DNA of 64,000 nucleotides from contig CM059437.1 of assembly GCA_030390025.1 (NCBI GenBank), forward strand, positions 77,686,001-77,750,000, given 5' to 3'. The position numbers and the translations under genes were made by a program. Below the pieces are notes generated by a model. That model was not told the DNA's origin and did no database searches. It was given only the letters and a program-made list of their open reading frames with translations. This document shows positions 50,831 through 62,808 of the stretch, one piece after another. The DNA comes from Squalus acanthias. Taxonomy: Eukaryota. Numbering within the stretch: the first letter of the stretch is position 1; each line of letters opens with the position of its first letter.

Positions 50831-51984
50831 TGAGTACAACCCAAATGCTTCACATAGACCCGCTTTCCTGTAAGTAATTAAAAGGATAACCATAAAAATT
50901 CCTTGTACATTTGTCCTATCCGATGAATGTAGTGGCATAAATAACACGGAAGAAACATTTACATGTGAACTTATCACTTTAAAAGCAAAAATGTGTGTTT
51001 TTTGTTTTTCTATAAAATAAATTTCCAGTTTTTTTCCATTAATGCTCCAAGCCTGTTTCTGCAGTAGTAAGTTTACTTTGATTTGAGTTGGCACAGAAAC
51101 CGCCACAGTCCCATTTCATTATTGGATTTAGGTTCACGATCCAATGTTTCAAAGCCCACGGGCATGAATTCCATGTACTTGCATGCTTTTGTAAAGCTTG
51201 CAGACTGGGGTATTGGTTTGCTCAGTATTGACAAAAATGAACAGTGCTTCTTTTGTTTGAGCATTCACAAAAACTTTCACATTCTCCATTTGTTATTCTT
51301 CACAACAATGGGTAAATCAGGAAACCACTTGTCTGTTTTAAGAGATTTCTTTCTGTAACAAAGAGTTTCATTCTAATGTCCCAAAATATGTTGCTCCCAC
51401 ATGATGTTTCTTTCATTGTTTTTCCCAAGGCTGTCATCGGTTGTATTAGCATTGCTCCCATACGTTTAGAAAAAAACTATTGGCTTTGTCGATAAAGGTA
51501 CCACCTGGTTTAGTACTAAGTCATACCGACTAGATGGTCTAACGTTTGATGTTTGATGTTTGCTGAGCTACCTGATCTCCCGGATTCAATCTGATGTATC
51601 TAGCTTGGGAGTTATGACAGTCACACCAGCCTTCCCTTGTTGGAGCAGTTGGTTGTGTGTGCCCTGGGCTGCTGGTCAGCAAGTACCTCTGGAAATCTAT
51701 AAGACTTGACACATTTTTCTGAAACAGAGGAGGTCCATGCGCAGTAATGGGGCGACTCTGTAATGACTCGAGGCCTCTTTGCATGCGTACTACACAGCAT
51801 CTAGTGTGGCGATTAATTCCTTCACAGATACCATTTTTAAAAGTTTCTAGGAAAAATCATGAGGGTAAATTTCTCCCTCCAATTTTATTGCTAAATATTG
51901 ACTTTTTTTAAAAAAAAGCTGGTGTCTAGGTACACTTCAGAGTTAATTCTAGGCTTCATTTTAATTTGGATTAATTTTCTTAAA

Positions 51985-52376
51985 AGAAAAGCGGAGAGAC
52001 TAGAGCAGAGATTTGATTAAAGGGAGATTTGATAGAGGTGCTCAAAATTATGAGGGGTTTTCATAGAGTAGATAGGGAGAAACTGTTTCCACTGGCAGGA
52101 GGGTCGGTAACCAGAGGACACAGATTTAAGATTTAAGATAATTGGCAAAAAAATTCAGGGGGGAAATGAGAATATTTTTTACTTGCCGAGTTGTTATGGT
52201 GTGGAAGCAGATTCAATAGTCACTTTTAAAAAGGAATTGGATATATACTTGAAAAAGTGACATTTGCAGAGTTATGGGCAAAGAGCAGGGGAGTGGGAAT
52301 AATTGGATAGCTCCTTCAAAGAGCTGATCATACACGATGGGCCGACTGGTCTACTTCTGTGCTGTTGGATTCTATG
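51985..52376 (+). mobile_element. CR1 LINE 3' fragment
   Basis: AGGGAGATTTGATAGAGGTG...GAGAAACTGTTTCCACTGGCAGG...ACCAGAGGACACAGATTTAAG...GAGCAGGGGAGTGGG...GATTCTATGA. Confidence 0.8.
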
Positions 52377-54164
52377 AAAAGCATGCAAAAATTTACAAAC
52401 TTTCCCAAAATTCTTCATATTTAAGCAAATGGGTGCATTTATAGGCAAATTTCTACATGCCAGAAAAAAATAGTGGAAAATGAACAGGGTGATAGTAAAG
52501 CTCTTTTAGGTATAATGTTACTGTTACATAAAGAATAATGTGTTTACACTGGACGCTTTTGGTAAAAGAAATGTTTGCATTTGAAAAAATAATGTTCCAT
52601 TATCCATGAATAAAACACTTTTAATTATTGAAGAATGGTGGTATTTCAGTCTGGAAATAAAGGAGCTCTAAGTCCAGAGACAGATGCTGGTGTTTAAATC
52701 ATTAATGCATTATCTGCGGTCTCAAGGGTACGTGATCTTTTGGTGTCTTGGCTGGTTTTCTTATCATCCATACACTAGTTTCTTTAAAGACGCAAGTACA
52801 GTAACTTAATTTAGTTGGTTGGGACAGTAGCCAACTTTCAATATAATTGCTAATGTTCCCTTTCCTGTGTTTTAATCTTTATTTTATATGCATGTTGATT
52901 TTTGTTAAATGCTATGTTTACATTTCTTACAGAAAAATGTTTTTTTGAGGGAAACAATGCTACATTTCCCTCCCAGACAGGGTTCCTGTCTACATGAAAA
53001 CAAATCTGTATTGAAAGTCATAGCATGATGCGGCTAAGTACTGTACTGCATGGTATTTAAGTATTTATTGGCAGTAGTCAGCTTGAGGTCTATAAAACTG
53101 TACATCTGGCTATAATACTTGTGCAATTTCTATCTTTATACAAAAATACTTTCTGACTTATCAGATTATTTGTGTCAGATAGTATTACCTTAAAAGAGTG
53201 AGTGCCTCTCCCCCATGAAAATCAGCCACAAAAACATTTAGCATCATTTTTGTTAGTTCTGTTTTTATTTAAACAGCAAGGGATGGTAATATTAGTGACG
53301 ATCGTGGATCGGAGCAGTTACTGGGCCTGAACAGTGTAAAAGAGCTGAATTATCAGAAGATACATACATCAGCTGTCAAAACATTTCAGCTCTGTGTGTT
53401 AATTCATCTCCTTTGCAAAAGTCTGGCTCAGTAACTCTTTCAAGCAAGCCCCCTGGGTTTACATCAACACTACTCATTATTTAAACAAATATAAATCAAC
53501 GTAGTAGATAAAACAAGAGGATGTTCCAGCTAATCATAATTCTTTAAACCTTTGTTTAAGTCATACTCATGGACTCCTTTAATCTTGTAATCAACATCTG
53601 GTTGTGTTCATATGAGGAATAAGCCTCAAATGTTTTATATTTTTCTTTGTTTTATCATGATCAGTTTTTCACTCATTGAACCGCCTCCCATGTCATGCCA
53701 CACTCTTGCCATGTGGGCAGAAAGCCAACCTTTGTCCAGGCACATGCCACTTGAACTGGTTAATAATAACGGTGCCAGAGTTGCTCAGGGTGACTTCTGT
53801 TGCAAATTTTCCCTGCACGTAGGGAAGTATATGGCCTACACTCACTGTCTCCCATTAACAGCTCAGCAGAAATTTGGATAGTGTCCGGTCCATGCTAAAT
53901 TTGTAATAGTTGCCTTTTAGATTGCGAAGGGGGTTGGGGGGGGGGGGGGGGGCATCTGTCATGGATATTGAAGTGGTCACTGAACTTACTGTCCCATTTG
54001 CACTCGGCACTAAGACAGGCATCATCCCAGTTTCCGTTCAGCCTCCACCGGGTCTCGTGCTCCTTTGGTATTTTATTTTAATTGCGGATTAGTGGTAACC
54101 ACCAGCCACTGCTGATTTGATTAAAACATTTTAAAAACAAAAGGCGCTCGAGCTTTGTCCTGAG

Positions 54165-55100
54165 TGGTTTTTGTTAGGCAAGGTTATTAAGGGTTATGGA
54201 ACCAAGGAAGGTGGATGGAGCTAAGATCCAGATCGGCCATGGTCTGATTTGAATGATGGAACAGGCTTGAGGGGCTGAATGGCCTCCTCCTGTTCCTATG
54301 TAATGGAGCAGGACTTGATAGTTGCTTCCTCTGTAATCAGGAGCAAGAATTTCTGGATGTAGAATGTTACAGCGCAGAGGACACCATTCAGCCCATTGTG
54401 CTTATGCTTCAAAAGAACTACCCACTTATTCCGTTCGTCTGCCTTTTTCTCCCATACCCTTTTATATTCTTTTTTCAAATATTGATCTACTTCTCTTTTA
54501 AAAGCTATTATGAATTCTCTTCCACCACTGTTTCTGATAGGACAGTCCATTTCCTAACAATCCTCTGCAAAAAAAATTCTCCTGGCCTCTCCCTTCGTTC
54601 TTTTGGTGGTGATTCTTTTTGCCCTCTGACTCACCAACCAGTGGAAGTAGATTTTCCCCATTTACCTTATCAAAATCCTTCATCATTTTGAATAGCTCTT
54701 TCAGATCTCCTCTTAATCTTCTCTATTCTAATGAAAAGAGCCCCAGTTTCTCCAGTCTGTCAACACCTCTGGTATAATGGTTCCTTTTAGAAATCTGTAC
54801 TTGCTGTCTTTAGTTAACCCATGTCTTTCTAAGTGAGTATTAATTTTATCCAGTATTATGGCTTCTAGAAGCTTAAGCGTTACAGATGTTAGCCTGACTG
54901 GATTTATCCCTTAATCCTTTGTTCATCTGTGGTGTTAAATCAGCAACCCTCAAGTCCTCTGGCACAAATTCCATATCCAAGCATGTTTGAAAGATTGTGG
55001 TCAGCGCTTCTTCTATTTCCTTGAACCTTCTAGGATGTGTGCCATCAGGACCCAGCTCCTTCTCCACTTAGAATTCTACCAATTTTTTTCTGTACAAATT
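54165..55100. mobile_element. CR1 tail (+, ~54165-54300) followed by decayed CR1 fragments (-, ~54360-55100)
   Basis: CR1 tail motifs. Minus-strand translations GPDGTHPR...EALTTIFQ...VPED.RVADLTP and FDKVNGENLLPLVGES. Confidence 0.7.
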
Positions 55101-58100
55101 CCTTATCTAAAGTTATCCTTTCTAATAGCTCGACCTCCTCCTCTAATACCCTTTCATTTCCACTGCCACACTCTTTGGTGAAAACAAAAAGCAAGTATTC
55201 ATTTGGAATCTATGCCATTACTTCATTCTCCTTAAGAAAATGTCCTTTTTCATCTCTACTCAGCCTTACCCTTTCTTTAAGCATTAGAAAAAGTAAGCGG
55301 GTACTCTCTGCTCTGCACCTAGCCAGCTCCACCTGGCTCTGTGCAGATTTAGTTGTGGAATCTTAAGATTCCCTATTCTACCGCTGGCACATTCTATTCC
55401 TTTAACCCATTTCAATTCATAACTTGCAGCTAATCTTTCCTTGGTGACAAAATCTGTCAATGAGCTTATTGTGCCCAATCTTGTTTCGCCCAAACCTGTA
55501 AAATGGAACTTCAAAGCAATGGCTTCCTTAGACTGTAGTGTGTGGATCCATTCCCATTGTGTTTCATGAAAGGGTTGGTTTGTACGCTCATGATTGTCTA
55601 GATTTCTAAGTTACCATTCTAAAACCAAAATAAAGGCTTTCGTTTACTTTTACAATGAAATTTGTTAATGCATTACCATCTGTAACTGAGCCCATAAACC
55701 TTTTATTTGTGTTATGCAAGCCTATTGAATAAACGTCATTGGACATTTTGCTTCCTTGGCTCACTCTTCACTCCATGATGAAATGATGATGGAGGCCAGT
55801 TTTGTTTAAGACTCAAAGAATCCTAAATACTTTTATTTCTCAATTCAAACCCCTTTCTCCCCTCTTTTTCAAAAGGCACAGACTCCTGCTCCTTCCACGT
55901 GTGCTGGTAGTCCTCCAGTGCTAAACTTCGGTACAAGATGGAGAGATTGAATACTAACTGCAGATTAGGCCCGGCCACCACAAGTTGGCGAGGAAAGGAA
56001 AGGAAGAATCAAAAGCCAAGAGTAAAGATTCCGAGATAATGAAATGGAAAGACAGTGGGAAAAGAAAAAGAAACTTTAAAATTCAAATGGTCTGAAACCA
56101 CCCAGGTAAATGAGGAAAGGGAAGGCGGAGGGGATAGTAGTAGTGAGTTTTGGAGCTGCCAGTGAGACTTTAAGGGCAAAGCAGAATTAGCAGAGCAATC
56201 CAGTTGGAAGTACATAGAGTGTGAGAGGTGAGAGGGATTCTGCCAGGGAGAAGTACCGCATTAGGAGCAGCAGAAGATCCAGGGCTCTGTGTGTGCGTGC
56301 ATCATAATAAACCTGCAAATTCTTTGTTCGATTGTGTGGCGAATACTATATCAGTTTACGTAAATGATGCTTTTAAGTATTGCTGTGTGTGGGAAAATAG
56401 GTGTTTGAATTCACCATGTGGTGGGCATGATTGAATGTCCACAACAAATTGCATATGTAATGGTAGTTACAGAGACATGATGAGACCTACCAGAATTTTA
56501 ACGTTCTGTGGTAATTGCTAGTAACTCACTTTTTAAGCAATGAAGATTATAAAACCGATTATCAGAATTGTGCAGGCATCAATCCATTTGTTTGCTTTAA
56601 AAACAAAAATTAAACTCTAATCCAGTGGAATTCTGGTGGATTTGGTGCACTCTCTAATGAGACATACCCTGTAAAACAACAGTAATCTGATACTGAAACT
56701 GTTCTTTTGTATCTGCTTTTCAGGATCAGAGAGTTCTGTTAATACCAGCCTCTTAACTCTCCTTATATGCTGAAGAGAAATAAAACTGCTAAAGCAAATG
56801 GCTGTTACTCAAATCTTCCAGTGTGCATTTATAGTCCCATTATAGAATCAAGAACTCACTGAGGATCAATAGTTCAGTATTGTCTCTTCACTGAGTAAAT
56901 GCTCTTTCATTTCTCACAAGCTTTTTTGTAAATAAATAAATATAAACACAAATGCTGAGGGGTACTTTGTGCAATGAGGGCAATTGAATAATTCAAGAAC
57001 AATTTTCTGTCTTGTTTTGGCATACTCCAAATAAAGTTGAACATTTGTGATACTTAGTGACACAGTGTGGCAATCTTATTGAAATCTTCAAAAATAAAAT
57101 GTAGTATGGGAGCACCATGACAATCTGTGCTACAAATTCAGCCATCCGACATACTTGGCTTGTACGTCTGCTTAGCCTTCCCAGATACGGAACAGCAAAA
57201 TTGATAGACGTGAAACTGGCTGTTTAATGAGAGTTACATGAGAGAACAACTTGGGAGGGATCAATTTACTTCAGCCAAGTGTCTGCGAGGCTTTGAGCTA
57301 CCAAATGGAGCTTTCTACAAATTAGATCATTATTAGAATGTTAACAGATGGAAAGATTTAATTATCTCTGTAAATTCCTTGTTTAGGGAATTTTTATTTT
57401 TCTCACTAGGTGCAGAAAGCACCGGTGGCCCCTTGTTTTTGATCACTGAAGTGTGAATGGAGCCTTGTGCATTCTCTGGATCTTATCAGAAGCATATTGT
57501 CAGGGGAAATGGGGACAAAGGTCAGCTTGGAGCCTCCTATATCTAGCTTCTGTAGTCTACAGAAGAAACTTGAGCCAATAGAGTTGGATACGGTTGTCAA
57601 GAAAGTATATAAAGCATTTCTGAATTTAGGTTTTATGCTTGATAACATTTGCAGATGAAAAAATATCTCAATCCAGTATGTCCTGTATCTTGGTTAGCTG
57701 AATTTCATTAGTACATATGAAAGGTGACGTTCCCGTTAATAAATGTCTTTGACACCACCATCGACAGCAATATTCTTCAAGCTAGTTGAGGATTAAAGCA
57801 TGATAAACAGGATGCTGATATTTATACTACATGTTAGTTCACTAGTAGTGGCTTATAGTTTGGCGAGAACTCCTAAATAGATGTAGCATGGACGTAATGC
57901 AGAATGTAACTCCTTCTACTCTGCTGTAATAAAGATTAATTCCAAGTTCACGTTGAGTACCCTCTACCAACGTAAACCATCCTTGCATCTTCTCTGAGTA
58001 AGACGGCTGATTTCTGCATCTTTGTTGCGTCGTGAACCTGTATGCACTGGAAACTGGGCTGTTATTGCCTAAACCAATTCACTGGGATCCTTCTAGCAGG

Positions 58101-59039
58101 GAAAGGCCGCTATCATCATCTGAGACTGGACTGCAATCATTGCAGTCTCTTGGCTAACCAAATGCGCATATCTGAACCTCATCTACTCAGCCAAAAGTTC
58201 ATATATTTCTCTGCGTCTCTCCCTGTGTTTTTTGAAATTAGTTAAGGTGTAAAATCGTAGCGGGAAAATGCTCTGCAATAATTTTCCCTTTACTTTTATT
58301 GCAAAGAAGCCTAACAAAAGAAGCTCCTATCCACCCCTCGCTGTGGTATATATTTAAAAAGTAGCAATTTTCTGGGAGATTATTCGTGCAGTCAGCTGAT
58401 TAGCAACATTCAGTTCATACTTTCAGCTTCTGCGACTTTCAGTTTGGTCGTGTTTGCTTGTGAACCTGGAGGTCATTTCCTTCCGGTTGGTCAGAGGATG
58501 TAATAGCTTATAATAATTTTGAAGATTGTGTGCTATTTTGGTAGATTTATTAAAATAGCGTAACTTCTGCCCTATAGTCCACGAGAGAGATGTGTCTGTA
58601 GTTAATCATTTGTTTTCATCTAGTATTCTGATTTTTTTAAGATACTGTGTTGGGGGCGGGGATACTGTCGGTACACATTGCTCAGCAAACGTCATTGAGT
58701 ATAGCAATTTCCTCACCTATTTCAGCTATATTCTAGTCAAAACTTCTGATGCAGACTATTTGTTTGGTGCAACTACAGGGCCCAGTTGTAATTTTGTAGA
58801 ATGGAACTTTCCCTCTCACTCCATGTAAAGTAACATTTTATTAAGGTGAAATAGTGGCACTTTGATGATTGACCCAAAGGTAACTTCTTTCCAGCATCAG
58901 AAATCTGAAGGCACAGTTTTTATCAGTTGTTTACGACAGGTGCTGCCTTTTAGAAGCCCGAGTTCTTGAAAAAAAACCTCTTTTTTTAAAAATAAGACGC
59001 ACCTATTCACATTATGAGTTTAGAGTTTTGTCTGAAATG

Positions 59040-59350
59040 TCAGATCCCTCCGAGATCTCTGCTCTCTTCCAATTCTAGCCTCTTGCATATCCTGATTTTA
59101 ATCGCTCCACCATTGGTGGCCATGCCTTCAGCTGCCTTCAGCTAAGCTCTGGAATTCCTTCCCTAAACCTGTCCGCCTCTCTAGCTCTCTCGCCTCCTTT
59201 AAGACGCTCCTTAAAACCTACCTCTTTGACCAAGCTTTTGGTTACCTGTCCTAACATCATCTTGTGTGGCTCGGTGTCAGATTTTATTTGATAACGCTCC
59301 TGTGAAGCGCCTTGGGACGTTAAAGGCGCTATATACATACAAGTTGTTAT
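59040..59350 (+). mobile_element. L2-type LINE 3' end
   Basis: Same tail as 3382-3603 and 19897-20612. Confidence 0.85.
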
Positions 59351-60199
59351 TGGTAAACTATAGTTATTATAGAACCTAGACTAAGCAAAGGAATTAGAGT
59401 CTTTTTAATGACAAAACACCCTTTTGATCTTCAAGACACTTTTTGACTATTAGGAACTGTTTTCTATACAACCTCCTTGACTGTTCCTACAGTCCTCTTT
59501 CACAGTAATAGGACCAGGCTCCACTGAAGAAACAACCTCGCAGAGTAAACCCATTTTGCTATAATAAAACCCCACCACAGTGTGACCGTGGTATTGTGAC
59601 AATTGGATGACTGACAGAATCCATATTCTTCCTATGTGCCAATAATTCTCTGTTCAGTACTTTCAATGAATAGTGGAGTGAAATAAAGCAAGAGTAAAAA
59701 CATCCATTTTCAATTCCAAAACGTCATGAAAATGGTTCCAATTGATGGGAGGGAGAGGCAACCACCTTATGACAAGTTATATTTAGTTCCATGCTGTACT
59801 TGTCAGCTGAATACATGATGATGAGGTCATTGTAGAGCTATAGCCTGGAGTATGTATTCCTTTAAAGATATAACTTTATTTTTGTTACACATAATCTGCT
59901 TTGTCTTCAGAGTTAAAGGGAGTTAGGACTGTGTAGGTGTGGAATTGCTCACTGGTATTTCTGTACGAGTTGATCTCCCGTGATGTCTCTAGCAAAGAAA
60001 AACACTGCCTCTCTTGCTGTCTCTGCTATTGTCTGTACTTGTCGCCCACCCTGTTTCGTTTTTTTGTCTCTTTTTTTCATTTGCTCTTATTTTTTGATAT
60101 CACTGTATCTCTGACTTTTTCTCACTCTTTCCTCACTTGTTTTTCCCTCTTCCTCACAGGAAGAAAAAAATGGGCAAATACTTGTGTGTCGAAATAGCT

Positions 60200-62536
60200 A
60201 ATGATGAAGTTGATAGAGATCATGGGGCCCTGGTAGACTTGACATTCAACACATCCAACCACTGCAGAGCAGTATCAACAAAGCAAATAGAATGTTGAAC
60301 TACATAGCCAGAACAGGAGAGCATAAGTCAGAGTAAGCCATGCTCATGCTCAGACTACATAATGCTCTGGTCAGAATAAATTGATCACCCAGGCACAAAG
60401 AAGATATTCCAGTACTTCATAGAAGAGCCACAAAGCTAAACCTTAGGCCGCGATTTCACGGACCGGGGTCGGTAGCGCGGTCCCAGCCCGCTGCCTACCG
60501 CAGCCTGCACTCTCCAAATGATTTTACATTAATAGGGCTTGTTAAGTCCGCCCTGCGAGGTTCCCGGCCAATTAATAGGAAGCGGGTCTGATGACGTCAT
60601 TTGATGACGCGTCATCAGCCAGTTTCCTTAAAGGGGCCATGTCCAAATTTACTTTGACAGTTGTGCGGTCAGTGCTCTACAGCATTGAGCTGCAGCAAAC
60701 ACTGACAATCACTGCACAAAGGTGCACGACTGCACCCAAGCTCTCCCTCCATATACTTATGGAGGGAGTCACAGCACGCAGGGAGGTTTTCTTCCCTTCT
60801 CATGGGCGGAAGACACCTCCCCAGGAGATCAACGCAGCCTGGTTGCACAGGAGGGCACAAGCAGGGATGTTGTCAGGGGGACCAGGTTGCAGTGGCGCAA
60901 ACCTTTCAATGATCTGAGTAGATCACGAATCGTTACTGCCAAGCCACACTCAACCTCATCCTGCTTGTGCCACTCATCACATCCCCATCACTCTGCCTTC
61001 CCTACCCTACTCCTGCACATCCTTACTCACGCCAACTTACCTTGCACCTCCACCCATCTCTCTCTCTCTACATTATCACTTCCCCATCTCACTAGTCACC
61101 CCTCACACTCACCCTCATCCTACTGCAAGCATATGAACTAACAACACACAAGGGTAGGCACTTGGGTGGTTTAGCCAATATTCATGTGAAGTTTCTGTTA
61201 ATGTGTTGTCAAACATTAAAGTCTATATTTTCAACACTTTACCTTATTGGACAGATCTGTGCTCACCTTTGGAAGTGTCTTAGTGAGTTCCATTGAATGT
61301 TGAGACATAACTTCCCCCCACCCCACCATCCCCCCCCCCCCCCCACTCCAGTTGTGAGGAGTGTGAAAGGAATGGCTTGGACATTGTAGGGATGCTTTAT
61401 GGTGTTGGTGTGGAGTGGTGTCAACCTGGCGCAATCATGTGGCAGCCAGGGTGTTCAGCGTCAAGTGAAGTAAATCTGGCCATGGTGATGCCATCGCTGG
61501 CCTCTTGGGCAGCAATGTTGTCGGGTGCTGGTGCCCCGTGTCCTGTGCAGCATCAGATGATTGCGGAGAAGGTTGGTATTGTTGTTGGTGATGTTGGTGC
61601 TGGGGATTCAGAGGACCAAGGTGAGATTTTTTCAAGGGCACTGATGTTGCTGGAATAGATGGCAGCTGAAGTTGAAATGGCAGGAGCAATCTGTCAATGG
61701 TGGGAGAGCTTGCTCCAAGGAGGTGACAGTGGATAGAAAGTTTACTCCAAACACTTCCAAACTGCATACAGCTCAAAAGTGTCTTCCAAGTCCTGAAGGC
61801 TCAAGCTTCTGACATTGGAAAGTGACTAGCTGTGAAATGGTAGATTTCATACCACTTTTGCAGCTGTCACTGATTCACAGCAATGGGGAGACATAGAGAA
61901 CTCGACCTACTTACCTGATGAGATCTCCAAACAACGTGAACCTCGTTAAAAAAGTGGTAAAATAGAAATAGGCTGACAAAATAGTAGTTAACAAGCATTT
62001 AACTCTCATAAATGCCTCCCCGCCGCTTGGTGTCGGGTCTGTTCTGAAATCGTAGACCCGGCACTTTGGAAACTTACATGGAGGCGGGTTCGGAGCGGGC
62101 TCCCAACCCGCTGTGAATTATTTCGATTTTGACAGCGGACCCGCCTCCATACCCGCCCTCTGAGCGCAGGCAAAATCGTGGCCTTAGTGTCAGCAGATTG
62201 CGATATGAGGAAAAGCTGGAGAAATTGGGCTTTTCAGGCTCAAAAGGAGGCAATTGATGAATGACCTTATGAATCTATATGAGGATAAATGATATGGAAG
62301 AGATGGAGCTAAAAAAATACTTTAGACTACATTGTGAGTCGGGCAAGAAGATAACAATTCAACTTAGTTGAAGGCAAATTTAGGCCTGATGTCAGAAGCT
62401 CTTCACACACAGCATGATCAACGCATGGAATGGACTTCCAGATAGAACAGTGGAGGCAAAAACCCAAGGATTATTTGAGAAAAAGCCACAATAGGGAGAC
62501 TATAGGTTCTTTCTGGATGAGTGAATGAAAATAAGC
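60200..62536 (+). mobile_element. Decayed CR1 3' portion, split by a Harbinger element (60446-62183)
   Basis: AACAAAGCAAATAGAATGTTG...AATGCTCTGGTCAGA...AGAAGAGCCACAAAGCT resumes after the insertion as GATATGAGGAAAAGCTGGAGAAATTGGGCTTTTC...CTTCACACACAG...GCATGGAATGGACTTCCA. Confidence 0.75.
60446..62183. mobile_element. PIF/Harbinger deletion derivative with Myb/SANT-like gene remnant
   Basis: Terminal inverted repeats GGCCGCGATTT / AAATCGTGGCC with TTA duplication (60443-60445, 62184-62186). On +, ~60720-60925 gives broken APKLS...LMEGVTARREVFFP..GRK...AAWL...SRDVVRGTRLQWRKPFNDL, a Myb/SANT-like DNA-binding motif typical of Harbinger elements. Confidence 0.85.
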
Positions 62537-62730
62537 TGTGGTAACACAATACAGCTTCCTGTGACTCGAACTTTATTGCATCACTTCCTGTGATTAGTCC
62601 AGGATAAATACTGGACTGATCAGTTGGATCCTGGAGAGGCATAGAGTAAGACCTCTTTTGTATGTAGCACCTTTTTAGTTGATTAAAGCTTACTTTAAGT
62701 TCACCACGCGTAAGGCTCATTCTTACGACA
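62537..62730 (+). mobile_element. Putative 5' LTR of a Ty3/Gypsy element (194 bp)
   Basis: Begins TGTGGTAA and ends TTACGACA (imperfect terminal inverted repeat, TG...CA). Contains TATA-like GATAAATA and ATTAAA, interrupts the CR1 tail, and lies 78 nt before the gag ATG. The second LTR is outside the window. Confidence 0.75.
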
Positions 62731-62808
62731 ATTTAATCAACTTTGGAAAACTTCGCACTCAAACTTTTTGGACGAACTCGGAACTAAGGATCCAGGGAAT
62801 CACCCATC

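Noticed and set aside
53276-53345. Possible exon 4 of the EMI gene (also candidate acceptors near 39659, 56723, 57409, 60159)
   Set aside because: Acceptor-like tracts exist, but the phase-1 translations show no similarity to EMID1/COL26A1 (no CxNC coiled-coil or Gly-X-Y) and no convincing donor.
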